In this document: positions 43,970-58,430 of the stretch, piece by piece
How positions within the stretch are numbered: position 1 is the stretch's first letter
Layout of the letters: each line of letters begins with the position of its first letter
NCBI GenBank assembly: GCA_964016885.1
Contig: OZ024745.1
Location: 88,040,001 to 88,104,000 of the forward strand
DNA: 64,000 nt
Source of the DNA: Eledone cirrhosa
Taxonomy: Eukaryota
Direction of reading: 5' to 3'
Position numbers and translations under genes: made by a program
The notes under the pieces: generated by a model
What the model was told of the DNA's origin: nothing
Databases searched by the model: none
The model's input: only the letters and a program-made list of their open reading frames with translations

Positions 43970-44600
43970 TATGTATACGTACATACATATATGTATACAG
44001 ACGTACAGTAGTATGTATATATATATATACATACATGCACACATATGTATAGGTACGTAGGGGTTTACCGAACATTTATTATAATGCTCGGTTTGTTTGT
44101 AAACAAACAGCCCTAATTAAGCCGTACACTGTCAGGCTACCATCGTCGCCTTTTTGTTCAACACTGACACAGGAACGATGTACTAGTTTCAAGCTTATTA
44201 GCTATCGTCAGCATGGTATACCTTCCTGTCAGATGATTGAACGTCTGAAAGTATATACTTTCCTGAGCAGCCTAATTTGCATATCGAGTGACTTAGTCGG
44301 CCGGGCGCACCGAAAACGATAAATGGAAAAGAATGAAACGAAATTTCATTTCTCACTCTTAGTACGGCTGGTACTTAAATGTAAGAATGTATGTATACGT
44401 ACATACATATTTGTATACAAAAGTACAGTAGTATGTATATATATACATACATGCATACATATGTATATGCACGTATGGGTTTACCGAACATTTATTATAA
44501 TGTTCGGTTTGTTTGTAAACAAACAGCCCGAATTACGCCGTACAGTGTTCAGGCAACCATCGTCCCCTTTTTGTTCAATCTTTTCATTCTTTTCCATTTA
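43970..44600 (-). mobile_element. ~1.5-mer tandem of a ~420 bp unit containing a minimal hammerhead (family G, retrozyme/pLTR-like)
   Basis: Direct repeats 43970-44160 and 44389-44578; minus strand 44178-44214: atg CTGACGA t-agct-aata-agct-t GAAA ctag TA cat. Confidence 0.78.
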
Positions 44601-44992
44601 TCATTTTCGGTGCATATATATATGAATGTATATATAGTGTATTTTGCAATACACTTTATGCTTAATTAAAAGCATTTCGATATATGGCTATTTTAGAGCA
44701 CCAATTCTAATTTTTAATTTCTGCTTGACCGGCAACCGCTCTGTATAATCAGTTCCTGATTATTTACTAGAATTCTATAAGAACCAAACATCCGTGATTT
44801 CAGCAGACGGGAGGAGTAGTTGGCTTTGATAAGCATCAATAAATGCAGAAACAAGGCCTTGTCAGCTTTATCTCCCCCTGTTTGCTGAAATTAAAGTAAG
44901 TGAGTCAGTCACTACTCTAAAACAATAGCATAAGGTCTTCGAAATGCTTTTAATTAAGCATAAAGTGTATTGCAAAATACACTATATATACA

Positions 44993-45061
<69 letters not shown>

Positions 45062-45605
45062 CACGTTATACACTCCTTGGATATATCTATTAAACTTAAG
45101 CCAAAATCTCATTTTGGGGGCGGTGATACAAGTCAAATCGACTTACAAGCGTCAATTTTAACATATATAATGTCCCAACCAAAGTTTCTGAAACTCATGA
45201 TACACCATCGGGAATTCCAAGACATTCAACTTTCCAAGAACTCAACTTTCTTAATCAGGAGGCGTGTATCTTCATAAAAATAAGGGTACAATTTGAAAAT
45301 ATAACATACATATCATTTCACTGCTAGATATTATATGGTGATCAAGGTTGAATATATTTACCTTTCCTATATCCAAATCGAACATTTTACCCAAAGTGAC
45401 AAGTTGAATATATATCAATTAACCTATGCCGTTTGTAGACCGCATGGTGAAGCAACGTGATTCAAATTTGAATTACTGTAAGAACATTTTCTACTCTATG
45501 TAATAGGGCCACGACGGGCTTATATCGACGTTAGAAATAGCAGCCAAATCCGCTTGAATCAGCTCAAACAATGATGGAGCAGTTAATATTCATGTGTGAC
45601 TCTAT

Positions 45606-45643
45606 AGTTAACTGTCTCTAATACGTATAAGAGACAGTTAACT
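45606..45643. repeat. 38-bp near-perfect palindrome beside a TA run
   Basis: agttaactgtctct-a-atacgtat-a-agagacagttaact. Confidence 0.85.
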
Positions 45644-45652
45644 TTATACAGT

Positions 45653-45685
<33 letters not shown>

Positions 45686-45869
45686 GCACACACACCCTTA
45701 TATTAACTTACTTTTGCTCATCGCTTCGTATTTACAAGCACACACACACCACACTATTTTACTTACATACACACACACATATCCGCTTAGCTTCGTACGG
45801 AGGTATAATAACACACACACCCATGCACACACTCACGCATGCACGCATACACACGCATCTATCTTATTT

Positions 45870-46000
45870 CTCATTCTTTCTTCTGATGAAAGACTAGCGA
45901 CCGAAACGTTAAGACCCTCTTCCTGCTATTTCAAGCGTTAACCTAATATATTCCTTCCTTAAACTGTACCGATGGTGTTGTTATTTCTGTTTACCTTTTA
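45870..46000 (+). mobile_element. Short hammerhead-like module (family H); further partial copies on the minus strand at 47081-47200 and 48821-48892
   Basis: tctt CTGATGA .. GAAA cg TT aaga (stem II weak); shared downstream CAAGCGTTAACC...GTGTTGTTATTTCT.TTTACCTTTT. Confidence 0.6.
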
Positions 46001-46053
46001 AATGCATACATATACACACATACACACACACACAAACACACACACATAAATAT

Positions 46054-46146
<93 letters not shown>

Positions 46147-46708
46147 TGCACACACCACACACACACACACATATTTATATATATATATAAATAATTGGAT
46201 GAAGATGTTCCATTCACTATATTTAGCATTTGAGAATCGACAGCATAGAGCATCATGTAGAATACTTAGCTCAAGTATTTTTTGTCCCCATCAATTATTG
46301 ATGCAGATAATTAGCGTTAATATCCTTTTGGCTTTCCTATATCTAGATCGAACATTTTACTTAATGTAACCTATACCAGAATATGTTTCACTGTGGTGAT
46401 CTAACATGATTAAATCACGTCCATTGGTTTCCCCAGTTGGCAATAAGACAAGATACATTTCCTACTGGGATGGTAAGTCATATCGCCCATCCTTACAGAT
46501 TTTGAAAAAAAACTATCTGTGTAGGAGGATTGTGTCTACTTTAATAGAACGTTGATGATATCTCCTTAGTGCAAACATAATTTCGATCCACTGATATTTT
46601 AGGAAATATCATTCTTTCTAAAAGTAGATTTTGTTTTCAAATTGGAAAGATAATCTATCTTGATTGAAGTTTTTCAATTCACTCTATATTCAACGTGAAA
46701 GTTTACTA

Positions 46709-46871
<163 letters not shown>

Positions 46872-46936
46872 AGAGAGAGGGAGAGAGAGAGAGAGAGATA
46901 GATAGATACACATACATACACACACACACATACATA

Positions 46937-47080
<144 letters not shown>

Positions 47081-47229
47081 CAAAAGGTAAACAGAAATAA
47101 CAACACAATCGGTACAGTATATGGAATATGGAAGGGATATATTTGGTTAACGCTTGATATAGCAGGAATAGGGTCTTAACTTTTCGATCGTTAGATAAAA
47201 ATAACAGGTCCATTCATGTTGACATCTCT

Positions 47230-47277
<48 letters not shown>

Positions 47278-48082
47278 ACGGTTTACCATGAGTGGTATTT
47301 GGACTGTATCCAGTCGTCAGATTTCTGTGATTCAACCCTCCCATTGTCATCTTTGCATTCTACCCCTCTAAGGTAGAAAAATAACGACGAACCACGCAGT
47401 TTTGTTTATAAAATAAGCTAAGTGTATAGGGTCGAATCAATTAATAACACCTCCTCTTTAAATTTTGAATCTCAGACGTTACAGTATCAGAAATGTCTCT
47501 CAGATATGTCTTCTCATTTAATATCAAGTATCAGAAGGTTTTGCTTGAAAATGTAATATAATGAAAATCACAAACGCTAGCAAATCTAGCACACACACAC
47601 ACAAACACATACAGTCAAACATGCGAATAATCACGCATACAGATGGATGCATGGCTACATTCTCACACTTGAGTAAAACATATAGGTAAAGAGAACAGTG
47701 ATGGCACACAGTTAGAGCCTGATTCAGTGATATGGTTACCATGACAAATATACATCCATCATGAACTTAAAATGGTCTATTCATAATCGGTAGAATGATA
47801 AGAGGAAATTACTCGAATATCAGACTCTCTCTGCCACAGCTATGACAACGTTGCTGAAAGATTGGGGAGAGCAATCGATCGACACCATAACATAGAACAG
47901 GCATCTTTATTTTAATAAAAGTCGATTAAAACGTCTGCTAATGTCAGTACAATGAAATGTGTTACATATTACATAGTCATTTACACACACACATATGGTC
48001 ACTTACAAACACGCACATATGCTCACATACACAAACAGATATTGTGAAACATTACATGCACAGATATATTTATACATATAAT

Positions 48083-48149
<67 letters not shown>

Positions 48150-48154
<5 letters not shown>

Positions 48155-48395
48155 TTGCAAGGTTTTTGATATTAAATCGTGTGTTGAAACAAATATTATT
48201 ATATATATATATTGCCAGAAATGATAATAGAACACACTCACTGTATGGAGATATAAAAGACACAGAACGAAAACCAACCAAACAGTGAGTGTGTTTTTAT
48301 TATTATTTCTGGCAATATTATAACAATAATAAATAAAGATAAATATAAATATATAAAGAATTCAATATTATAACAATATGACCCTCCCCAAATAT
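48150..48395. mobile_element. Second inverted-fragment copy of family J
   Basis: ATTGCCAGAA..ACACACTCACTG mirrored by CAGTGAGTGTGTT..TCTGGCAAT; matches 51720-51867. Confidence 0.8.
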
Positions 48396-48417
48396 ACACA
48401 CACGCATGCACACACAG

Positions 48418-48491
<74 letters not shown>

Positions 48492-48497
48492 ACACAC

Positions 48498-48531
<34 letters not shown>

Positions 48532-48608
48532 ATGTATATATGAGTCCCAGGTTCAAATCAGGGGTAACCACAATAAGGTACTCAATATATTAGTAGAGTG
48601 TAAACATC

Positions 48609-48759
48609 ATGTTTAATATAGAAATGGCTTCTTCAGGGCTGTATGTGTCGAACAAATCATTGGGAAAGCCAACTGTTCTTCTAAAACAGACACTTGGCTT
48701 TCCTGATGATTTCTTTTGAATGAAACAGTTCTAGTCCTGTAGAAGCCATTTCTATATTA

Positions 48760-48763
<4 letters not shown>
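48609..48763. repeat. Foldback with degenerate hammerhead cores (family I)
   Basis: ATGTTTAATATAGAAATGGCTTCT / AGAAGCCATTTCTATATTAAACAT termini; CTGATGA-ttc..gaa-t-GAAA inside. Confidence 0.7.
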
Positions 48764-48804
<41 letters not shown>

Positions 48805-49099
48805 TCATATATATATATATGTAAAAGGTAAAAAGAAATAACAACACAATCAGTACAGTATATGGAAGGGATATATTAGGTTAACGCTTGATCGTTATTT
48901 TGTTGCGTGTATAGTTTGTGCCTTCGGTCGGATCCCTTGCTGCCACATATATATCGAAAATTAAAACAATAAGACTTATTGTTTTAACTTTCGATCCATT
49001 GACTGCTCTGTGATTGCCTCAAAACAAATCAAATTAAACTTGCTGTAGTGCAGCTAAATTTCGATTTAAAAATATTATATATATATATGTATATATATA

Positions 49100-49685
49100 T
49101 ATTAATAAGAGGAATTCCAACTTTGTCTGATTTACTCGTTTTATTTAAAATCCTTTAAAATTTATAATGGTATTATAATTGTTTCTACTTTAGGCACAAG
49201 GCCAGCAATTACCCAGTGCATTATTGGTACTTTATTTTATCGACCCCGTAAGGATGAAAGGCAAAGTAAACCTCGGGGGGATTTGAACTCAGAACGTAAA
49301 GGGACGTAATTATGCTATCTACCGATACTGCCAATCCACCTCCAATAATGGAATTATAATGAAATAGTATGATAGAATATTAAATGTTAAGTGTTAATTG
49401 AACAAGTACTTTCATGCTTTCGCAATCTTCAGGTGACAGTCAAGTTTGCAATTTTCAACTGTTGAAAATTGCAAACTTCAGTGTCACCACACATTATGAA
49501 CCTGAAGATTGCGAAAGCATGAAAGTACTTGTTCAATTAACACTTAACATTTAATATTCTATCATACTATTTCATTATAATACCATTATAAATATTAAAG
49601 GATTGTAAATAAAACGAGTAAATCAGACAAAGTTGGAATTCCTCTTATTAATATAATCTTCTATACACAATCATACACACCCGTG
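49100..49685. repeat. Foldback (family B) centred at ~49460 with a hammerhead at 49497-49535; left arm interrupted by a SINE
   Basis: Arms are reverse-complementary; right arm matches 25695-25930. Confidence 0.9.
49180..49344 (-). mobile_element. tRNA-derived SINE with 16-bp target-site duplication
   Basis: A/B-box-like TGGCAGTATCGG and GAGTTCAAATCC; TSD ATAATGG(T/A)ATTATAAT at 49164-49179 and 49345-49360. Confidence 0.9.
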
Positions 49686-49718
49686 TATATTTATCTATCT
49701 CTCTCTATATATATATAT

Positions 49719-51867
49719 GAGTGCAACAAAAACAGGAACCTATCCAACTGCATAATAGGCAGTATGGATGTGGTATCACTGTACCCATCCATTAACATTG
49801 ATTTTGCTGTGGAAAAATGTGTGGAGATGATCATTGAGAGTGAGGTGGAGTTCTGCGACGTCGACACATACGACCTGGGCCACCCACTTAGACTTACCTA
49901 CGACACTGACTACCTAGACAGACATGACCTTAGACGTTTCTGCCCCAGTAGACCCATAAGAGGTAGACCCCCTACTAGCCCCTATTGCACATGCAATAGG
50001 GGCTAGTATCAAAACTACCCTAAAGGGCCACATATTCAAGTTCAACGAGAAGATCTACACCCAAAATGAGGGAGCAGCCATTGGCGTCAGCATAGCTGGT
50101 GACGTTGCCAACCTTTTTATGGTATGGTGGGAAAGGAGACTCAAATATCTGCTTGGTGAGAGTTCCATAGACCTCATCATGTACTTTCGTTACGTAGACG
50201 ATATCAATATAGTAATAAGGACATCCCCACAAGAGTGCACTAACAAGTTTGATTTAGAACGTAGCACAATGGAAAGCATCCAGCAGATAGCTAATTCCAT
50301 ACACCTGAGTATAACTGTAACTATCGACTACCCTTCCAAACACCCTAACAATAGACTACCTGTATTATACACGGAACTCTGGATTAACGCTATAGACGAG
50401 AGAGCCCAAATTCTCCACTCACACTATGCTAAACCCATGGCCTCCAAATACCCGATACTCAAAAACTCAGCAATGTCCAGTAGTGCTAAGTTTAATATTC
50501 TGATCGCAGACTTGGTACGAGTGATGAAGAACGTGTCCCGCATGTGCGACCCAACAGAAATGGAAAGAGACATCCAACACTTCATCAACCGCATGCAGTT
50601 CTCTAGCTACAACCAAAGAGACAGAATCGGAGTATACGAAGGAGCCACGGAGAAGTATAAGACCCACATAGAACTGGACATGAGAGGAATTTTCCCATTA
50701 TACAGGAGCAAATTATGGAATAGCTTAGATAGGACTAGACATAAGATAGGGAAAGCCACCTCATGGTACGACAACCAGAGATACCAGAGTGTCATGTTTG
50801 TGGATGCAACCCCTGGAGGGAAATTTGCTAACCAGTGTAGAAATGCCCTGAGAAAGACCCACTTAAAGATTAAGGTGGTAGAAAAGTCAGGAAACACCAT
50901 AAAATCCCTGATCAGCAAAACCTACCCTTTTAAGAAAACCCACTGTACTAATAGGAAATGTATCATATGTAGAGTAAACCCCCGGATAAACTGTACAACT
51001 AGAAACGTACTCTATAGCATAAGATATACAGAGGGTACTTGCAGAAACATGACAACAACATACATAGGCGAGACAGCTCGTAGCATAGGTGAAAGCATAG
51101 AACAACACTGGGGGGAACTAAAAGGACGAAAAAACGGTTCAGTACTATACGAACATGCCAGACAACAACACAACGGTAACATAGACAACATAGAAGTTAG
51201 AATAATATCTAAACATAGAAATGACCCAGCAGATAGGCAAATCAGAGAGGCCAGCGAAATAGAACTTAGAAGGCCAAGGCTAAACAGAAAAAATGAATGG
51301 AATAACAACACCCAAACAAACAACACTGACCTAAAAGAAGTAAATAAATAAATAAATAAATAAATAAATACATATACAAGCACAATAACAACAAACACAT
51401 ATACACACACACTAGTAAACTAAGATAGAATACATTAACCAATACACAGTCACCCAACAAGAACACACATCAAACAAAACACTATACGCAAGCGCATGCG
51501 CAGAGAAGACAAAAAAATAAATAAACATACTAAATAAAGATGGCGTAAGCATACAATGCAACGGGAGGAAATATAATAGCAACACTGACGATGTTGCAGA
51601 TGTGCAACGAAAGAACTTTGATAGACTATATATATGTGTTTGTGTCTATATTGTATCTGTATTTTTGACTGTTGGTCAGTCAATGGCAACATTGAGGACC
51701 GAATAAATTAAATTAACCGATATAAAAGACACAGAAGCGAAAACCAACCCAACAGTGAGTGTGTTCTGTTATTAATTCTGGCAATATTATTACACACATA
51801 TGACCCTACCCAAGTATAACAATATTTGTTAGTCACACGATTTGATACAAAAAACCTCGCAAAACTA
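49719..51867 (+). mobile_element. 5'-truncated Penelope-like element (Neptune-like): RT, Cys-rich linker, GIY-YIG and 3' pLTR
   Basis: SMDVVSLYPSI, GAAIG..ANLFM, YFRYVDD, CTNRKCIIC..CTTRNVLY, YIGETAR; decayed hammerhead CTGACGA-gttgca/tgcaac-GAAA at ~51585-51612. Confidence 0.88.
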
Positions 51868-51889
51868 ATATATATATATATATGCATAA

Positions 51890-51970
<81 letters not shown>

Positions 51971-52020
51971 TGTCTGTGTGTGTCTGTGTGTGTCTGTGTG
52001 TGTCTGTGTGTGTCTGTGTA

Positions 52021-52092
<72 letters not shown>

Positions 52093-52298
52093 ATGTATAA
52101 CTTTTCAATTCCAATTACTTGCGTCAAGTTAAGTTTGATATGTAAAATTCGAGGTTTGATGTGTATTCTAATATTTTGTGTATGATGCCACCCCCAAGGT
52201 CTAAACCAGGCGCTGGGTCGACTGTGGATTTATTTAAACTTGAAATGAAAAACAGACTTATATAAAGAAAGTGCGCAATCAACCAATTCAATCATTGA

Positions 52299-52385
52299 TC
52301 GTTCTTGTATAATTTTACGTCGTTCTGGCACACCTTTGCGCCGTTCTTGCATAGTTTTGTGTCATTGTTGCATAATTTTGCATCT
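52299..52385. repeat. 21-bp minisatellite, 4 copies
   Basis: CGTTCTTG(C/T)ATA.TTTT.. units. Confidence 0.6.
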
Positions 52386-53075
52386 TTCTATGGAGGTATA
52401 ATGTAGGAAATTGAACACAAGTATTTGAATTCTATAAATGTCTTCACCCCTCAACAAAACTAAATGAAAACGTCAATTCCGGAGTAGTTTGAACACACAC
52501 AAATATGTTAGTAATGTCATGTATTGTCGTTGGAATCCTTCGTCAGTTTATATTCTACTTCTCGTTAGGTAGATTAAATGCAACGGAGCATACTTATTTT
52601 AACGGCTCAGCAAGAGAATAAAATTAGATGTCAACACCAGATAGAGTTGAACACATAGTGATTTAACGAACTAGATAAAAGAATATATTATATACTAACA
52701 TTTTCTCTATGTCACATTTTCTCTAAAGTTCTACCTCTCGTCTTTTGCAGACTTTCCAAATAAAATAGATTGGAAAAATAAATTTACAAATAATTAAATT
52801 TCATTATCTGAATTTTATTGTTATTTGATTCTAAGCACGGATAGATAAAAACAAATAATAAAGTTACAAAGATAAATTGAAGGAAAACATTAGAAACATA
52901 AAACAGCCATATATTCTGATTGATCGTTATAAACGATGACAGTAAGCCTGATACATGGGGCTATATATTACAAAATACAATAGTTCGAGATAGGGCCTTC
53001 CTTGATGAAAGCTATTCTAAAATAATGTATGAGAATGCAAATGACCTTTGAGAAAACATTTTATTGAAAACGAAC

Positions 53076-53143
<68 letters not shown>

Positions 53144-53316
53144 ATGTGTGTGTGTGTCCATGTGTGTGTGTGTGTGTGTGTGAGAGAGAGGGGAGAGAAA
53201 GTGAGAGAGAGCGAGAGTTAGAGAGAGGGGGACAGTGAGAGAAAGAGAGAGAGGGGAGGGGGCAGGGATAAAATAGAGCTTGATATAATTGAATTACACA
53301 AATCGATATCATTATA

Positions 53317-53502
53317 TGGATTGGCAGTATCGGTAGAGGTTCGGACGCCATGCTTTGACGCATAGAGTTACGGCCCTTGCCATTCTGAGTTCAAATCCCG
53401 CCGAGGTTAACTTTGCCTTTCATCCTTACGGGGTCGATAAAATAAAGTACCAGTAATGTACTGGGTAATTTTCTGGCCTTGTGCCAATAGTAGAAACAAT
53501 TA
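53317..53502 (+). mobile_element. tRNA-derived SINE (octopod-type)
   Basis: TGGATTGGCAGTATCGGTAGAG...GAGTTCAAATCCCGCCGAGGTTAACTTTGCCTTTCATCCTTACGGGGTCGATAAA. Confidence 0.88.
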
Positions 53503-53722
53503 TATACATATATCTGTATTTCTGTTCGCAAGAAAAGGTTTATTGATACAAAATAAAGTATGTAATGCTTCAATTAGTTACGTGTATAACATGATGTACT
53601 AGAAGAGTGTTTTACAGACATAATTCTGTTTCGACCCTAATACAGATCAAACACTTTGTTTATCGACATCGAAAGGATGAAAAGTAAAGTTGACCTCGAC
53701 GGGATTTGATCATATGGTCAAA

Positions 53723-53769
<47 letters not shown>

Positions 53770-53895
53770 CAGGATGGATTCAGTTTGAAACTGTTTAAAC
53801 CATTACTCAACAGAGTACTCGATACTTGGGGTAGTAGAGTATGGTTAAATTATACAGAGTCTGGATCTACTACAGAAGTGGACCACTGTTCGACC

Positions 53896-53967
53896 CATAC
53901 CATACCATACCATACCATACCATACCATACCATACCATACCATACCATACCATACCATACCATACCA
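53896..53967. repeat. (CCATA)n pentanucleotide repeat
   Basis: Read directly. Confidence 0.95.
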
Positions 53968-54461
53968 CACACACATATATATATATTTATATTAAGTATT
54001 ATCACCCCACATTTTGTATGTGAGGATGTGTGTGTGTGTCTGTGGAGTTGGGTGTGAGTGTAGTGCAAGCCAACCTACATAAGTCTTTTTATTTGTAAAT
54101 TTTCTACACCAACCATAAATTTCAGTAGCACCACTCCACATAAATACCTCAATTTAAGAATGATCTGTAGTATCTATTTCATACTATTAACCTTAATTGA
54201 ATATATTTCTGACCAGGAATGCCTTTTGTGAAAATCAGTCATATGGAACTATTGTCATCTTGCCTGACGGTTTGAACTTTACAAAGCCACCTGCCTCTTT
54301 GAGGTCAAATACCAACCCTACTACCATCTACAAACTGACCAATGAGAAACAAGACCATTCCTGCTGACAACATTAAATTATTCCTAACAAGCACACATGT
54401 CCCAAGGCTCTGAAACCATCAACACTATAAACACAGAGCAGGCATATCTAAGAACTGACTA

Positions 54462-54517
54462 ACTGCCTGATGACATCATAGCCATTCAATGGCTATCATC
54501 GAAATATATATAGCAGT
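54462..54517 (+). ncRNA. Minimal hammerhead ribozyme in the 5' pLTR (family K)
   Basis: actgc CTGATGA ..atagccatt-c-aatggctat.. GAAA t-atat-a TA gcagt. Confidence 0.8.
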
Positions 54518-54706
54518 AAATAAAGGATAATGAGTTCATTCAATTGACTTATGTTTCGTCACTATTATAACTCCGGAACTTATATCTTCGTTGAGTGCTC
54601 CCTATCCGCATACTGAAGTACTGGATTTTACCAACACTTACTTTCTTGCTTACCCCATGCTCCACACCCTGTTGAGCGCTTGATACAGTAGCGGACCGCA
54701 GCCAAT

Positions 54707-57303
54707 ATGAATAAACTCACCACTCTGGTATTACTGAAGAACATCCCATTACCGGGTAAAAGAGAATACACCAGGAATCTCCCTAAGAGTACTGACTCCC
54801 TAATACGCAGGATGAGGTGGCGGGCTTACCACTTTGATAGAGGAAACCCCAATATTAATAACCAAAAAAAACCTGTGCGTACCTCTTCACAACAGACTAT
54901 TGGAAGAGTTTGAGAACGAAATGATTGGCATCATTTCCAACATGAAATTTTCCGACGAACCATACCGGGGTCGAGAGTACCTTAGATGACTGGAAAATGG
55001 AATTACCGAGCTTAAGGAATCTACAGGAATACTCGTCCATGCCGACAAAACCAACAACCTTTACAGCATGTACGTTCAACTTTACCATGAGCTAATCCTC
55101 AGGGAATTGTTGAGAAAAAGCTACAAAAAAGCGCCGAGGCTACCCTGGAGGATATCAACATCAAGGCTTATGAGATCGTATCTGGTCTTGGTATAGATGA
55201 TAGGACGGCCCCATACTAACCAAGGGAGCCGAGGATTACAATAAAGGACCACAAACCAAACTTCGAGTCTAACCTGCCGGTCAGACTGATAGCCCCCTCA
55301 CGATCAGACATGGGGGTTATTAGCAAAAGCATTTTAGATAGGATCCTGCTCACACTTAAGAGTAAAATAAGGTTACAACTCTGGTCCTGCACCAGCCAGG
55401 TGCTGGACTGGTTTACATTTTTACCTGAAAAACATAGGACTAGCTTCATACAACTAGACATCAACAATTACTACTCCTCTATCTCGCCCATAGTCCTGAA
55501 CAAGGCATTCATAGTCGCGATGAATAGGACAGACCTAACACACGACGAGGTCCGAATCATACACGCCGCCAGAAAGACCCTGATCCCATTCGATGGGGAC
55601 ATATGGACCCGGCGCGACTGGCCAAATAATGTTGACATTACAATGGGCTCCAGTGACTCCGCGCAGCTAACAGACTTTGTTGGCATATACATACTCTACG
55701 AGATCAGGAGTGAAATACCCAACCTTGTTGGCGGGCTGTACCGAGACGACGCACTCTTCACCGTAGTGGACCACAGCACCACTATGGTCGAAAATATGAA
55801 GAGGGGATTAGACACTTCTTTAGCAAGGTAGGACTTAAGGTAGTGATGGAACCCAATAGAAAAGTAGTGAATTTCCTGGACACCACCCTCTACCTCAACA
55901 CCAAACTACACCACCCATATCATAAACCCAATGAGAAGCTGCTGTATATCAACGCTGGGTCTAATCACCCTAGATCTATAGTTAAGGCCATAGTTAAGAG
56001 TGTCTCTGACAGGGTCTCTAACTTGTCGGCCAATAAAGAGATCTTCAATAGTAACGCTGATTACTATAACTCAGCGCTAGCTAAGGCGTCCCACAGCGAT
56101 AGGATCAGCTACAACTCTAAGGGACATGATCGAGATGACCCAAGGGTATCCCGGACAAATACCCTCAGGAGCATGAGTCGCCCACCTAATACCTCAGGGA
56201 CCAGTAGTAACACTCCCAGACCCCTATCCGTCACCACCTCCGGTAGGAGGTCCCGTATACCCCACCGGTCTAATACCTACAACGCTGAAGACCACTGTGC
56301 TGCGGAGCACAGGCACCCCTGCACCGGCCCCACCACCCGCCGAACCCTAATTGAGCAGGGAGGCCGAACCTCGCAGGTTTATAGCCCCACGGTGGGCCCA
56401 TATAACCCTCATGATAGTGACCGTTCCGCACACCAGAGTGACACCAACCGAGCTCGAGCTGAGCTGGGCACAACCACGCGATGGCCCACGGCGGACACCC
56501 AACAACCCCGCGAGAATAGGACCAGGAAGGTCACATGGTATAACCCTCCGTACTCGGTGGGTCTACGTACCAGCCTGGCTAGAACATTCTTTAGAGTACT
56601 GGATAAATATTTCCCTAAGGCCCACAAGTACCATAAAATATTCAACAGGCACACTGTGAAACTTTCCTACTCAACCACACGCTCCGTAGCCCAGCACATA
56701 GCTGGCATAAATAGGAATAGGCTCACTGTCTCTAATACTACCGTAAACACCGGAGCCACCCAACAGAACCAGCACGCGGGACGCAACGGAACCCAGACAG
56801 GCCCAACTAGCACACCGGAACCCAATGACCCTATGCTGATTGCGGGGGCTACCCAGCCAACCCCGAATGATGGTAACCACGAGGTACATGTGGTGGGGCT
56901 TAAGAAGTCATGTAATTGCAGAGACCCAAAACTGAAAAACGTAGTCTAGAGGTGCAAGGTCGCAACCCTAACTCGGAGCACCATTACATAGGATCCACAT
57001 CGACGAACTTCAAAGATCGGTCGTATAATCACGCCATTCCTTTAACAGAATAGATAAGAGGAAATGTACGGCCCTTTCTGAATTGATCTGGAAGCTCAAA
57101 CTTGAAAAGACCCCGCACTCTCTGGTTGGTCCGTGGTTACAAAGGTTCCCTCAGACAGAGGCGAGTCTGGTATTTGCAACCTCTGTCTTAGTGAGACACT
57201 CGAGATTTTTCATGGCGGAACCAAGCTATTAAGCAGAAGGGCCGACTTATTCGGTGCCTGCAGACACCTAAGGACGGGAACTTTCCTCAATCTATATGGA
57301 TAA
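54707..57303 (+). pseudogene. Penelope-like RT + GIY-YIG ORF, frameshifted
   Basis: ADKTNNLY, QLDINNYYSSI, ITMGSSDS, GLYRDD, VNFLD, WYNPPYS, KIFNR..VKLSYS, CNCR, YIGST. Confidence 0.9.
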
Positions 57304-58340
57304 ACCCCGGTTACGGCCTCCCACAACGCCCCCCCATACACCCATGTAGGTCCCCTACACCCCGTACCAATGTGCAATGGACAACAACAATCACCCATAG
57401 TTTGTGGTCCCTATGGTGGATGGTCCACCGGACCCTCGACGGGTTAGGAGTCATCTAAACGATGTTTTATTGAACCTGATTTTTTATATATATATCATGT
57501 GTATATATATATATTTTGTGTGTATATATGTGTATTTTATATATATGTATGTATATGTATATATTATATATATATATGTATGTGGGTATTTTATGTATAT
57601 ATTTTTTTTTTATATTTTTATATGTATATATTTTATATATATGTATGTTCTGTGTATATATATATATATATATATTATATATGTATAGTTGTGCGTACAT
57701 ACATGCATGCATATATATGTATACAAACCTGTATGGATTTGTGTGTGTAGATGTGTGAGCGTCTGTGGGGGTAGGTGTGAGTGTATGTACAAATCAACCA
57801 GCATAAACCTTTTATTTCTAAATTTTCTAAACTATCTAAGTATTGGACTCTAATCATTATATTAAGTATTACCACCTCATATTTTGTATATGTGGATCTG
57901 TGTGTGTGTCTGTGGAGGTGGGTGTGAGTGTAATGCAAGCCAACCTACATAAGTCTTTTTACTCCAACCATAAATTTCTACTCCAACCATAAATTTCAGT
58001 AGCACCACTCCACATAAATTCCTCAATTTAAGAATGACCTGTAGTATCGTCTCTATTTCATACTATTAACCTTAATTGAATATATATCTGACCAGGAATG
58101 CCTTTTGTGAAAATCAGTCATATGGAACTATTGTCATCTTGCCTGACGGTTTGAACTTTACAAAACCACCTGCCTCTTTGAGGTCAAATACCCACCCTAC
58201 TAGCATCTACAAACTAACTAATGAGAATCAAGTCTATTCCTGCTGACAACATTAAATTATTCCTAACAAGCTCATATATCCCAAGGCTCTGATACCATCA
58301 ATACTATAAACACAGAGCTCGCATATCAAAGAACTTACTA

Positions 58341-58396
58341 ACTGCCTGATGAGGTCATAACCATTCAATGGCTATCATCGAAATATATATAGCAGT
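58341..58396 (+). ncRNA. Minimal hammerhead ribozyme in the 3' pLTR (family K)
   Basis: actgc CTGATGA .. GAAA tatata TA gcagt. Confidence 0.78.
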
Positions 58397-58430
58397 AAAT
58401 AAAGGATTATGAGTTCATGCTTATGTTTCG

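Noticed and set aside
52515-52550. CTGACGA on the minus strand (similar cases at ~59485, 63242, 7701 and 37265)
   Set aside because: GAAA or stem pairing is missing; at best highly decayed.
53317-53410. Functional tRNA gene
   Set aside because: Only A/B-box-like head with no cloverleaf; continues into the SINE body.
54707-57303. Selenocysteine read-through as in Naiad Penelope elements
   Set aside because: The GIY-YIG is C-terminal, and the interruptions I read are frameshifts and TAG/TAA stops, not UGA at Cys positions.
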